DNA of 64,000 nt from Perna viridis. Lineage: Eukaryota. Shown here one piece after another: positions 13,098 through 27,400 of the stretch. The translations under genes and the position numbers were made by a program. The stretch is from NCBI GenBank assembly GCA_037379345.1, contig CM074514.1, forward strand, positions 37,634,001-37,698,000, in the 5' to 3' direction. Position 1 is the stretch's first letter. Each line of letters opens with the position of its first letter. The notes beneath the pieces are model-generated. The model was not told the origin of the DNA and did no database searches. It saw nothing but the letters and a program-made list of their open reading frames with translations.

Positions 13098-13295
13098 AAT
13101 TGTGTACGAGATGTGTGTTCTGTTATCACTGATAGCGACAAGTCTTCAATGTTAAAGAGGCATCTGCCTCATGTAGCACTTTTACAATAGAAAAATGGTC
13201 ATATGTCGTAGCATGGTGAATTGATGTCCATTCATTATCGGTGACAGCATCCACATTAGCCCCATGTGAAAGCAAACACGAGCTGCCTCATGATG
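13098..13295 (-). pseudogene. degenerate partial copy of the ASB ankyrin coding sequence inside the ASB 5' intron
   Basis: Direct repeat of 12345-12543; translates SHGANVDAVTDNEWTSIHHATTYDHFSIVKVLHEADASLTLKT, flanked by frameshifting indels. Confidence 0.85.
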
Positions 13296-14154
13296 TATCA
13301 AGAGTATGAAGAGGCTCCAAGGAAACTGAATTTTTCACCTGGGAGACATTAATCCAAATTCCTTTTTAAAGTTATTGTGGTAAATGTACAATTTTTTTTA
13401 ATAGTAAACTACTGGTATTGTACCACTTACAGTTCTGTTATAGTTTCCTTTGATTGATCTTAGGGTATGAGCCAAGAGAGACAAATTTCATTAATCTAGG
13501 AAAATGGGGTGGTGGCAATAACTGCAACTAGGAATTTTTTATTAATTTCTGTTTTTTTCTACTCAACGTGTATTTCATTTCTCTCTAACCATTACTGGGT
13601 TGGTGACAAGAAAAAAAATGCAAAAAATACATGTATCTCAAATGTCCTACATTTTTGTCTGCTACAACAATTGTAGCCCTAATGGTTCTCTATGATTTAC
13701 CTCTTGCATAGTTTTTCTCTATCTGTGACTATTGTTTTTGAGTTACATGTACATACAATGTATATGAGCCAAACAGGTGCAAAAAATTTGGAAGCTGAGG
13801 CTGCCATTTTGTATTGATAGGAAACATGCCAGAAATATTTGAAAACTATATGTACATTTCCAAAAGATAATTGTGATAAAAAGGAAAAACTATGATATGT
13901 TTTCTGTATAATGTGAAAGACTTGTTGGATGCAAAGTGATGGCATCAAAAATAAGAATAGGGAAATGATAATAACCTATTACACAGACTGTGAAAACTTC
14001 TCATGTAGTCTTATTCTTTTTATACATTGTCTATTTTGTAATCAAGCAAAACTGTTTCCCTTTCAAAAAAAGACTAATCGATCTAGATTTCAAGTCAAAA
14101 TTATTAAGGTGACACAATGAGTTTACAAGAAGAGAAAGGAGTTTCTGTTGCCAT

Positions 14155-14372
14155 TGAAGGAGGCAGACCTAGGGTTGGGGACACAACTTCACAAATCATT
14201 GGAATGTTTGTATTTAGCATATGACATCAATCTCATATAAGCATTCAAGTAACTTGGACTGATTTCATTCTGTTTCAAATGAAAGCTTGATAGGCTGTGG
14301 AGAAATTGAATATGATACAAACATATCACTAATTTCAAGAGTATGTCCCTTACCTTAAGTCTACCTCCTTAA
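14155..14372. mobile_element. MITE family B
   Basis: GGAGGCAGACCTAGGG...CTACCTCC-TTAA; internal orientation opposite to the 6228 copy. Confidence 0.8.
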
Positions 14373-15474
14373 TCAGGCTCTACAACTCTTCCCATCACCT
14401 ATGGCTAGTAAAATCTAGCCTCTCCAGAAAGTTTGTGTGAATTTTGCAGGTTGCTTTCTACTGTTGAAGAATCTTATTTCCATGACAATCTTTCTGAATT
14501 TGCTTTAAAGTGTCCATTTTACCATGATGGTGTCTTTCTATCCATATTTTCTAGCGGTATGAAGAAAACTTTTTTTTTAAAAAACTTAAGACCCTTGAAA
14601 TAGACCTACTGTAACCTTCTTAAGGTAGACATATTAGACAAAAAAAGACAAAAGGCAGAGCAGTTTTTTCTGTCATCTCGCAAAACCATGCATATGTATG
14701 TATTTTCAATAATATAATAGTGTTTGAAACGACATTAAAATTTGTATGGTTGATTACAAACATTATTATACAAAGCCTCTTTCAAGGAGGGATAATTGGT
14801 GGGAAAAATTATTTCATAGGGGAGATAACTGGAAGGAAAATATTCTATACAATTGTAATGGATGTGTGTTAGTTCTACATGCAAGTTTCTTATTAGTTTG
14901 CAAAATAGTAAAAATTTCCTCCAGAAAGGCAGAATCTATACAAGATATTGTTAAAATCAAGTTCAGTGACCACTGTTTTTTATACCAAAAATTTTACAGT
15001 ATATTCATCAAATATAATCTTTGAGAAAAATATGAAAATCTATGTATTACAATATCAGGTATGATCTACCTGAACATGCTTAGATTGGCCTTTATTTTTC
15101 AAAATATTGCCCATATCATTTACAATGTATGCTAATAAATCATCAATCAATATTTATCGAAGTAGTTACTTTATCTTAATTAAAACATTGAAGAGATACT
15201 ACATGAATGATTAATCAATCACTATCGTTTGTAAACTTATTATACAAGTATTATAAAAGAAAAAAAAAATTGGCAGATCAACAAAAATCAATAATCAATT
15301 TACTAGTCTAGTGAAGATTTATACCCTTTTATTTCAATTAGAGGGTTAATTATTCAGTCACAGTAAAATGATAAATGTTTATAAAAATGTCACACTTAAA
15401 AGTAGATTTCAAACTATATAAATACACTGAAATAATCTAGTTTTAGTGAATGGAAAAAAATATTGGGCATAATC

Positions 15475-15684
15475 CTGTGAAAATGCTATTGTTCATGAGG
15501 TACCAATTTTTGTGGTTTTCGTGAATAGGCCAAACCAAGAAATTTGGTTCCCAACGAAAAGGAGATTTCAAATTAGATGTGTTAAATGAAAACCTCAAAA
15601 CCATAAATTCCAACATCCATGAACTTGTGTTTCTTCCCTAATCCATGAAAATTGGTATCCATGAATTTAAGTACTTTCACAGTA
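15475..15684 (+). mobile_element. MITE family C
   Basis: Shares aatttggttccca and atgaaaattggta; ends GTACTTTCACAGTA. Confidence 0.75.
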
Positions 15685-16479
15685 GTTCCAAACGTTGGGG
15701 GAGGGGGGAATATTTGAAACAACAATTCCAAATGTTTGAAAGGGGTTTAACATCAGTGCCCTGCTCCAGTTTAAAGACAATCTGAGACCCTTTACTTTGA
15801 GAGTTCTTTGTGAGGTCTAGATTTTTCCAGAACATGCACTGTCACTTGATCTGCCAGACAGGTTTTCATGTTTTTCAGTTAATTAGAACTGATGATAACA
15901 AATGTCTATATAGCTTTCTAAATTTATTCTAGGACTTTTGACTCCACTAACAAACATTGAACCCAGTGAGTTTTAAAATATCATGCCATACCAGAGTTGA
16001 GTGGAAGTCAAACCAAGACAGGTGAGACAAAATTGAGACTAAATTATAGTATAAACTGTACATATGATTTTTGATAGTAGTTTCTTAGTGTATGATAATA
16101 ATTACAATGTAAAGCACTACTGGAAGGGCATGCATGTATGTTAAGAGTCATTAGTCAGGCCTGAGTGTTCCTTTTTCAAGTAATGAATTTAAAAAAATAG
16201 TGTTACTGGCACCATACAATTGTATTTAATAACAGGTCTATGCTGATGCTAACATTTAACATCCAGCTTAACACATCCATAACCATCCACACACACACTA
16301 AGTAATCAGTAATCTCTTATGTCACATGTGTACTGTAGCTTCTTCTCTTAAAATACTGTCACATTTTTCTGCACATGCTACTAAGTACTTACAAAATTTC
16401 CAAACTAAATTAAACTAGTGAACTTAAAAATTAAGAATAAGATTGAGTTCAAAACTATGTACATGTACATAAGGAGGTG

Positions 16480-16950
16480 TTTAATGACTGTAAGTTGAAA
16501 TGGCTGTTTTGAATGACTTGACTGCGTCACTCATAACAATGTTTGCTGGTATACTGTTCCATAATTTGATGGTTCTTGGTAAGAAAGATTGACCGACACT
16601 GAGGAATTTGGAAAGATAATGAGTTTAAAGTTCAGGACTATCAGAGGGCTGGAATTAACCAGTCTGTTTTAGTAACGGCAACTAGGGAATAATTAATTTT
16701 ATATAACATTATTAATCTTGTGTCTGACCTTCTATGAGCTAGGCTTCTTTTATATAGAAGTTTTATCATTTTGGACACAAAAGATGCATTGTGGTACCAA
16801 TTTGTCACAAACCTAGCTGCATGCCTTTGTACCATTTCAATTTTGTTTATGTCATCTATAATGTATGGATCCCAAATAGAGCTGGCATATTCCAATGATG
16901 GCCAGACTAAAGATTTATATGCTTGCTCTTTTACTTTGGTGGAACTGGTG
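16480..16950 (-). mobile_element. 5'-truncated non-LTR retrotransposon fragment (CR1/L2-like ORF2 C-terminus)
   Basis: KEQAYKSLVWPSLEYASSIWDPY...IEMVQRHAARFV, then SFLPRTIKLWNSIP; interrupted by a stop. Confidence 0.85.
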
Positions 16951-17188
16951 TTTAAAGGGGTAAATTCACTAACACTAATTTCTGGCCTACTATTTTGCCA
17001 AAGGTTCAACTTACATTCATAATATCTGAAATTTTCTGTTTGCCCATTTTAAAGCTAAAATACTATCTGAATACTGATATACAGAAAATATAGGCTGTAG
17101 TGTCATAATTTAGTCACGAGGAGGTCACAAATCTCTATTTCTACACAGTTGTCACAGAATTTTCACAATACTGAAATTAGGAGCATCT

Positions 17189-17440
17189 TTTCCTCATTTG
17201 TCTACCCCGGACTTGACTTTTTTATGAGCAACTCGGCGAGTGTTTCTAGAAAAGCAGAGGACGCTCTCCCTAACGGTGCACCTGGTCCATGCTCCCAGTT
17301 TTTAGTGGAGTCCGAGTTGCTTATTTACTTTTGTTACTTTGTATGCATGATTTTAGTTACTTTATGTTCTTTGTTGTGTATGTCTGTTTTCCATGTCTGG
17401 TCTTTGTCCCTGGATTACATTCTTTTGATTACCGCTATAA
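17189..17440 (+). repeat. interspersed repeat family F (also 22670-22860; diverged inverted copy ~55420-55590)
   Basis: Shared CGGTGCACCTGGTCCATGCTCCCAGTTT...GTCCGAGTTGCT...CATGTCTGGTCTTTGTCCCTGGAT. Confidence 0.8.
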
Positions 17441-18152
17441 ACTTTAATCCAAAAATACAGAGCACAAACTATGAACAACAAAATCTTTTTTCAGGAGTTG
17501 TGATTGTGCAGAAGGCCTTTTTTCTATGAATATCAAAGAGTTGGACAAATGTGATATGTATTTTCTACATAAAAATGTCTCATGAAAAAGCTTTTTTAAC
17601 ACAATTTGAATTCAAATTTCTAATGTTGATTTATTTCCATATACAATTTTTCTGCAACTCAAACTTTTACATCGATGGAACTTTGTTTTTAACAAAAGCA
17701 CGTATCCATGTACTGAATGAAGCAATTTTCAATTTTATTTGAAAGACTTTAGTTGTTGGGGCTAATTTTGATATTTTCTGAACATAGGAGTTCCTTCAGT
17801 TTTTAGCTGTTTCATATAATCATTGTATATTGTCGGTACATATTGTAAAAACGTTAGATTAATTATACAAATAAAGAATGGTTTCTGGAACAAAAGAGTA
17901 AACAATTACCAAGAAAAATCTTTTGAGTCGAATATCTGGCAATCATTTGTTGATGTTTACATTTTGACACGAGTTGTTCCCCCTTGGTCAAGGAATTAGA
18001 AAAAATAGTGTAGAAAATAGTGCGGTGATAATATGCTTTAGTTGATCGACAAAAATAATTTCATTAAAATATTCACAATAGTAAAAAATAAAATTTTTAT
18101 AGCATATAAAATATTTTACTTTGAAATATACTCATAGAGATTAGGTAATTAC

Positions 18153-18318
18153 CTGAAAACAGGCGCGGAGTAATATTTACACACTAAAGAGTGTAAACGA
18201 GGTCACTTGTGATTGAGGTTACGCCACTGTTGGCGCGGGATTGAAAGCCGGCTAGTTTCTGATTGAAACATTTCGAAATTGTTGCGGATTGTAATACAGA
18301 AAGTCACAGAAAATTGTT
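18153..18318. promoter_or_regulatory. putative bidirectional promoter and first non-coding exons of ASB (-) and Lgl (+)
   Basis: Local CpG-rich patch. Minus-strand donor CAG|GTAATT ends an exon at 18153. Plus-strand donor GTAAGT at 18319 pairs with acceptor tttacag at 18457, 17 nt before the Lgl ATG. E2F-like TTGGCGCGGGA at 18230-18240. Confidence 0.55.
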
Positions 18319-18474
18319 GTAAGTTTTCATAAATATTTTCCCAGTCTTGATTATAAACAAAGTAAATTTATCGATCTCTTTGTTCGTGAAAAGTAGCCGA
18401 CGTTGAAAATAAAATCCCTATTTTCGCTTTCATCTCATCTCATTTGCATTTTTACAGGTGCTTGAAGGGTGAGG

Positions 18475-21400
18475 ATGTTTAAATTCTTAAAGAAACATCC
18501 TCCAAAAGATAGTGAGGAGAGAGAGAAATTAAAGAAAGAGCTGTTTGGCTTCAAAAGGGTGAGTAGTAAATTCGTAGTATATTATCTGATTTGTATGCAG
18601 CCATATTGAATGAAGTTGAAATGAATGACAGATGACTCATATTTAGAGATAAACAAAAGGGGCTACTGAGGGGTAATTAGATTACATGAACTCTGCAATG
18701 ATACATTCGATTCCAGTAAGATCAATACAAAGAAATGATGCATATATTATCAAAATAAGGTAATTCCACATAATTTTATGTAATAGTAAATGACATCATC
18801 CATGGGCATGGAGTCTCAGACTCTAGGATTATATAAGGTAGGATTTCTTATTTTACAATGGAACTCCAGTATATTTGTTTAAATTTACATTAAGCATTCT
18901 TAGAATCTTTACATTTAGCAATTTTGATGTAGTTTTTGTACTTAAAGGCTGGACTTTTAAGCTGCAAGTCTCAACCATCATGCTGTCTCAGTGTCTATTT
19001 CTAGATGCAATTTCAGTACCTGTATACTGTCAGATAGTTATGATATAAAGGAGAGCTGAGACATTAATCCCTCTCATGTTGAATTGTCACTTGTTTTTAA
19101 AAAAAAAAAAATCTGCAGGAAACATACATATACATGTACATTTATATTGTACATTTGGTACAATGGCGAATAGTTTTGAAACCAATGTGACTGTCATTAC
19201 ATACCATGTTCATGCATTTCTGATAAATACGACTTTGTCAATGGATTCTAGTAAAATTTGATACAATGATTGGGCATCATCTGATACGATTTCAAAGGAA
19301 ATAATCCAAATGATTAGGGATAGCCTTTTAGTGTGCTTCTTCAAATTAAGCTTTATGTTAATTACTCTGTGGCTACCTGGTGTCCATCATCTCCTTAGAA
19401 GTATCTAAATGTACCCAGTGTGCATGTGCACATGGATTGGACCCTGATTAAAAAAGCTTTTCAATAGATAGCCTCAGTTTTGATATTGAATGAGTTGATG
19501 AGCTTGTCACTGTGTACATGACAAGTACAACGTACATGTATAGATTATGTGAAGGTGCAGGAAGAAAATCACTATTGGATACAAGTACATTATGAATGAA
19601 ATGATTCATCACAAGACAATACAATATATATGACTGAGGTGTCAATACAATACAATACAAGTCTAAATACATTTTTTTTTCAAACAATTGATGAAATTAC
19701 TATGCAAATAGTTAAGGACATGTCTTCTGAGGAAAAATCCATTAATCTTTGTCAAGATCAGAGATACAGACTCTAAGAATGAACCCTGGCTTTAACAAAA
19801 TTCATCATTTCTAAATCTGTTGAATATTTTTTATTTCAAATTGAAAAAAATTATTTAGGACAAATGCTTTAGTTGATCATATCAAAATGTATTATATCAG
19901 CACCCTTGTATCACAAGATGTGGTGTATAGCTACAGCCCTTATGTATGTGTTCATGTATGTCAATCACAGATTTTTAGTAGTACATGTACTAGAGCTGTT
20001 GAACATTGTCTGATCTTACCCTTAATATTAGTAGGGATAGGTTCTGATTGTAATCAGGAAATATGATACAAACAAATGCACAGTACAATTAATAGTAACA
20101 TGAAATATTGAAATATATACTTGTGCAGCTCACAAGACTGAAAATTGTCTATTATGTTCATGTACTTGAATACAAGGGTCTTTAAGTCAGAGTTGTTGTT
20201 CATTGTTTAAATTTTAAGAGTCGTGTAGATTTTGGTGGAGTACCAAATGTCCCAGCTATATATGTATCTCCATTTGCAGCTTAATCTTCCATTTGATATG
20301 CCCTCTAGCCTTCTGAAGAGTGGGATATACCCTACTGTCAACACAATTTCTCCACTCTCCACAGTGAAATCACCATTTCAAAAATTGTAATTAAATTCTC
20401 CTGTCTTTATGCAAAGGTATATTTAATAGTTCTAGTAGTTTAATAACATTTCAGTAAAGGACAAAAAAAAGATATTGAAATTGAGCAATGTTATCATGGG
20501 TTTTACTTTGATGGAGTCACAGTGGAGGACATGAGTGACTCCACTGTGAAGAGTGGAGAAATTAAAATTTTGGTTGACAGTAGTATAATTACTGCTCTGT
20601 TACACTGTAGGCTACATGAACCAAGAAATGTTAAAATTACTTTCCCACATTTTTACCTTACATGTGCAATAGCTATACATGTATTAATCAAAATTTTACC
20701 TAAATTATATGAAGGTGTGCATATAACAGGGATGGAAATTAGCAGGGACCCAGTAGCCCACGGCCCCTAAATTTTGACATAGGCTAATAAATTTTTTTTT
20801 AATCAGTAGCCCAGTTGGCTACTGAAATATCCTCCAATTCTAAATAGAAATTAGCTCTGGGCTAGCAGTATTATAAGTTCTTCTGGATTCGGTTTTTTAG
20901 GGGCCAGATCGGCCAATATGCAAATATTGCCAATTTCTGTCCCTGCATGATCTAGATTCTTTGTCTTTAAGTTCAACCTACATGTACATGTATATTTCAA
21001 GAAGGTGCCCTCATATCCTAAATTTTCAGCTTTATCACAGTGATATATGTATATACATGTTTGTTTGTACTTATACATTTGTATAAAGTTTACCTTCATG
21101 GGTATTGTATTTTAATTAAATTTAAAACAGTTTTGAGTATTTGCTCACTTCAAAGGTGTACCATTCATTTAAACTCATCATGTGATTCTCACCTGAAGCT
21201 CATGAATTTGAATTACAGAATGTTTATTTGTTGTCGTTTCTTTTTTTTTAGTGTACGGAACATGGATTTATCAACAAACCTTCTTGTATGGATTACGATC
21301 CTAAACTCAAGCTGCTTGCCATTGGAAACAAACAAGGTTATATAAAAATGTATCCTTTATGAGGTATAATTATACTTCAACAGATTGAGAGACTGTACTG

Positions 21401-24400
21401 TAGTCCCGAATTCCCATTTCTCATTACCTGTGCAAAGTGAAAAAAAGCCCAAGAACTCTTGTTTATTTTGAAGGTTGTTTTTATTGTGTGACAGTTAGTC
21501 TTTTGCACACCCTTTTCATGTTCATCGCCTGAATATAGCTGAAATATTGCTGCTCTGGCATTAAACCCCAATAATGAATGAATCCTCCCTTTTCTGTTTT
21601 CACATATTTTAAAAGCCATGTACAGTACTTGGGTTTTTTTATGTAGACCTATGGATTGTCCTTCTGTTTTGATAACTTGAAAGTATATTTACATGATATT
21701 TGCTACTATATTTATAAATTTTAGTTGTGATAAACTTTGTAAAAGATGCATTCATGCAATTTCATGGTATCATACTTGTTGCTTTAGGGAATACCAAGTC
21801 CCTTTATATGTATAATTGTATACATCTAAATGCATTTTTTTTTACCCAATTAAGCTGGAAATGTTGTGGCTAGTTCATTGAACCCATTCCCCATCCTATA
21901 TTTAAATAGGGTAAATGTGTCAAAGACCAACAATAATAATTGTGTTGTTGTCAAACAAATTCAATCTGGGTTGTTAATTGAACATATCAGTTCACAAAAC
22001 ATCATAACATTGGTCACACATTATGGTAATAGTACACAAAACAAATCATTTATTGTGACTTAGACTTTGACAATGTTGAAACTCTATGTTCAGGTTCCCA
22101 CCTGTTACCAAGAATTCAATAAATGAATCTGTAGCTAGCTGAGTAATACAGCTGTTACCTCAAAATTATTACAGTATCATGGGTCCATAATGGCTAAATC
22201 TGTCCTGGGCCCTTTTGGTTTTGTCTTGGGGTCATTTATGGTCTAAATATTATGTATAGTGTACATGTACAATTCTTCATGTACAAAAATATGCAAGGAG
22301 AAAAATTAATTATTGTTTTAATTTTGTTTTAATACATGTATGTGAGAAGAAGTCAATGTACTGATCATTAATGGTTGTACTGTAGTCTGTTCATTTGTTC
22401 ATGTGAACATGCATGTATTAGAGAATGCCCATTGAACAACCCCAGAAATTTCACAAATCCTGTTCAGGTTATTCAGTTGAGTTGTATTTTCTGTGTACAT
22501 GTGCATGCAGTAAGGGAAAATGGTTTAGGCATGTTGCTGAAAATGTTATACACTGACTGATCTCTAAAATTCCCAACCCTAGTCACCAAAAGCAAGTGAA
22601 ATTTAGTCTAGGAAAGAAATATTCATTCCAAACCTTCCATTACCCTACCCTTACCCTGACACTTACACTACCGGTGCACCTGGTCCATGCTCCCAGTTTG
22701 TAGTGGGGTCCGAGTTGCTCATTTGCTTTTTTTATTTTGTATGTATGATTTTAGTGCCTTTATGTTCTTTGTTGTGTATGTCTGTTTTCCATGTCTGGTC
22801 TTTGTCCCTGGATCACATTATTTTGATCACCACTATAACCTTTGTTCCCTTGATTACTCCTTCCAAAGGAAAGCTAAAAAAAATTTAATGGTCTTTACAG
22901 GCTACTGGTACACAGTGGCTAGTGGATTAAGGCCTTGACTAACAGCGTTTTTTCTCAAGAGACTCTGAGTGGATGCATGTTTTTAACTTTCGGTTAATCT
23001 CATCAATAATCAATGAAAATCACCAGTGTGTATGTCCTTGTAAGACAGGTACAGATTCACAGGGATTGAATTTCAGAATTTTTTTCCACTAGCTAAATTT
23101 AGCAAGTACTGAAAATGTACACTCGCTAAATTAAAGATTTTGAGGTTATTTCTGGACTTCACCTAAAAGACATATAGCATTCCACTAGCAAATTTTAGCA
23201 ATGGAAATAATTTCTACTAGCAAAATTGAATTTCAACTCGCATTTAGGAAGTATTTCCCCTTAAATTCAATCACTGATTCATAGGGGTGGACTTGAGTTA
23301 TTCCCACCCATGCAACAAAATTTGGTGAAATATATTTTGCATGAAGTCTAGATAATTTACAAATTCTTTTAAATTTAAAATTTATCAAAGGCAAATTTTA
23401 AAGGAATAACCAAAACAACATAGATTAACTTTAAGAAATCCGAATATCATTAAAAAGTGCCTATTAAGCAAATTCTGCTCATTTGCAACATTAAAATTCC
23501 AGTAGCTTTGCCAGGCTTTTTTTATGGTACACCACTGTGCATAATTTCAAATCTCACTGATATGATGTATTTGAAACTCTGCACTCTTTCATAAGTTACA
23601 GGAAGCTTTTACTACTGTGCCCTTTAAACAAGCATTTAAAATTGATTAGATGCAAGCATGTTGCCTGAATGCAATTACATGCTGCATAATTTATCTACAT
23701 GTAGCATTTATTACAATTTAAACATGCATTTGTACATGTAGATCTTAATTAAATCTTTTCTGAGCCACTGTTAAATGCACATACAAATGTATGGTACTGC
23801 TTATATGGGCCAGGGTACATGTAAATTTTCCCCTGTGTAGTAGTAATCAATGCTATTTCATGCATACATGTATATAAACATGTACATGTATGTAAATTCA
23901 TGAATTAAAATCTCAAGTCTAGCCACTGCTGAATAACTTTTCAATAATATGCCATGGAATGAGGCCAAGTATGTGGATTATTATTATTATGAATTGACAG
24001 TCAGTGGGTGTTTGTGGTTAAATTTCATAGGTGTGTCTGTGTCTCATTGTAGGTGTTATTTTGATGGCTAGGGGGTGTCAGAGGGATTATAAAAAAAATA
24101 ATTTTTGAAGACCATCTTTGGCAGTGTAAGTTAATTAAGTGCAAGAGGCTCATTACAATTTAATTGCTTAATCAGCATTTTACATGCATGTAGAACTTTT
24201 TGACAGATGTCTTGTCCACATTAGAAATAAACCAAACCACCAGCTGACAGTCGGTAATAAGGTTGTGTAAACATTGTTAGAATGAATGTGTGGAATGTTT
24301 GGGATGGCAATGAAGCATGCCATGCCTTGATCATTTGTATAATTTATGGTGTACATCATAAAGGTTGGTTACGGTCATGTATCTTGACCTACATATGTAT

Positions 24401-27400
24401 ATATATAATAACAAAAAGAAGCATTTCGACTATCCACTTTACTTCATTTGGCTTGGATGTTGGTAATAAAGGGTGCATTCAGACCAATTGTTATATTGAC
24501 TGCCACTATATTTATATACTATGTGTTGATAGCTTGGCTGCATTCCTCAAATGCTGTTTTAGCTGATCAATACTAAAATTATATTGTATAAGATACTAGC
24601 TTCATTTGGCTATGGCTTCTTTGCAACAGATGGCATGAAATTGAAATATTTGATATTTTATAATGGAGTAATAAGTTTTATTTTACACATTTTCGGCACT
24701 GTAGGATAAAATTGCAACAAATACAGGAAGTTGGTCTTTAACATTTGAAATAGGTCATGTGTATAATAATTGCGAGTAAAATTTTCCATAAAATTGTTTA
24801 CTTTTGAAAGGCTATTTAAAATATGGGGATGGTAGAATGAAATCATTTAATGTTATTTTGTACATAAAAAATCTCTTTTGACTTCCCTCTACTCTCAGTG
24901 CAAACTTATTTTCCTACATTCGTTAAAAGGCTTGATTTTGCTTTCATTGAAAGCTCGTGAGAAAAAAAAAGAATCGCACAAATAAAGATTTTGACAATTA
25001 AAACAGATTTTAAAGGTTTATTTTGTAATGCAGTGGGAAAGAGTCAGCTTTGTTGTATGATTAATGCATTGAGAACCTTTAATTTGGGGGTGGCTATTTA
25101 CATGACAGATTTTATAATGTCCCTTTAAGCCTTATCTATGGGGACTGTATATGTCAGGAAATTTATCTCCATTCTTTATTCATTAATTTTGATTTTTGAA
25201 GAACTTGGTAAACTAAGGAAGACCATTCCTGTCGTGAAAGATTGATATTGTCTAAACGATGATGAGGTCTCGAAAACCTTCATGGCATTTTGAATTGTTG
25301 GTGACCCTTTGACTTTTTACAGATGTCCTTATTAATGTGTGGGAAAACAAATATATTCTTACTATGAAGACATGAAGTTACAGGACTTGAGTGGCTAAAT
25401 TCTAAGCGCTAAAGGAAAACTTGTAGTCTACAATCTCCGAACAGCATGCCATTCCAAAGGCTCGTGGATAAAAATTAGCAATAGCCCGTGACTACTAGAT
25501 TTTGAGCTGGACTACCAAATTTTTGGGTAAAGATTAGCTGTTCACTGACATATAGAAAATATAAAACAAAAATATGGTCTGGGATACCAGCTTGTATTTT
25601 CATGTTTTTACCCCTGAAGCTTCATTGTAGTTATGGACTGTCCAACTGCATACAGTAAAAATTAACTGTGTGTTGTGGATGTAGTTATCTAGGTTTGCCA
25701 TTTTGTGCTGACCTTAAGGATAATTGAAAATATGTTCAGGGAAAGTAAATACTTCACAACACATATAACTTTTCTAAAGTTGGAAAGGGGTTTGAATTGT
25801 GTAGTCGTGAAGTAAATCTAATTCCCTGTATTTAAGATGCACTGTTTTCACTAAATTATCTATAACTTCAAATACTTGAAACCTGCTCCGAATGCTACAT
25901 TTTTCCAACACTACCTCTTTTATACCAGGTGTGTACATTTATTATTGTATCCTTAACTTCTCAAAGATTAGGGCAGCCTGGAGTAGAATTCTGTGGAGAG
26001 CTGAAGAGTGGAGCTTCTGTCAACCAACTGTTCTTTCTTCAAGATGAGGTTTGTGTTCTGTTCAAACTCCTCTTAGTACTGTTCATACACTATACATGTA
26101 TAAGTACATGATCATACATGTATTGTGAATTAAATGATGTTTTAGGAAAACATTTGGATAAACCATGCAGATTAGAGAAATTTATAATCCTTAAATTTTG
26201 AAAAGGGGAGGCCAAGCTATTATTTGTCCAACTTTTGCTAGATTTTACATGAAATTTTCCAAAATTTTCAAATGGGGAGGGGGTTCAACCCCTGGATCTA
26301 ACATGACCAGGTCATGATAGTTTGAGTAAGCAACTGCTCATAACAGGGAATTACAAAAAGAATTTTTTGGAAATGATGAGGCAGTGATTTATTTTGAAAG
26401 GACTGATTGTTTCTTCAATAAAGGAATTAAATATGGACAGCACAGTAATGTGTGCATCCTGTTCTTTTAATTTTGCCTTTAAGCATACACATTGTACATG
26501 AGTTTAAATATCAACCAAATTAATTGAAAAAAATGTCCCATTTAGAAAGTTTTATTGGGCCATTTGAATTTGATGGTGGATAATGGTTTCACAAATTGCC
26601 CTGTCCAGAACAGATCAATCAATATCTGCTAAATGTTGTGCCTCCGGGGTGAATTAACATGTTGGCAGCTTTCTCTGTTCTAAAACACTGAAAGTTGTGA
26701 TTTTGAATAAACCTTTCCGAATGCCATTTTACTGTATTTATTAAATTTTGTTAGGGCCATTTTCTTTCTTTTAAGGCACAGCAGGCAAATACCTAAACAG
26801 GTACACCATACAGTGTTCCTACTTGCCGAAAATTGAGGGACACAGCACCCCCTTACTTTTGATGTGTCTTGCTGCACTTCAGACAAAATTATTTCATTTC
26901 TTTTAGATTTCATTGAAATGCAATTATGCCACATTCTGCTTTCTGTCTGGGTGAAATTCCTGTGTAAAATGTACTAATATAATTAGGGTTTAGCATGCCT
27001 ACTTTTCTCTTTTCAATTTTCAAGTTAGATGGTATATAAGTACTTAACAAACTGTACCATGCAAAAATCCTTATCTTCATTTTCAGTCACTCCTGTGTTA
27101 ACTATAGATTGGTTTTAAATCTATGATGTAACGTTTGATTTTAACTGTCATTCGCAATCCTCTTAGTTTTATTTATTAACTTGAGGCAAAGAGATTAGAT
27201 ACATGTATTATCACATGTCCAAGACTGTTAATTTAAGGTTTAACCTTCCATTTAGATCTGCTGCCCAAAGTGTAAAATTTTGAACCATTTTGTACCAAAC
27301 CCAATCATCAAAGATTATGCTGGACACTTGAAGTATATCTTTATTACTTCATACTATTCTTTCAGATTTACTCAAATGAATGGGTTATTGTAGAAAAGTG

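Noticed and set aside
17149-22938. Similar hydrophobic ORFs at 17149 and 22703
   Set aside because: Translations of repeat family F, not genes
20728-23280. hAT-like CAGGG...CCCTG/CACTG elements at 20728-20945 and 23060-23276
   Set aside because: Inverted ends are visible but there is no 8-bp TSD, so not classified
23600-23900. Dense TACATGTA/ATGCAT palindromes
   Set aside because: Scattered throughout the window; compositional background with no periodicity
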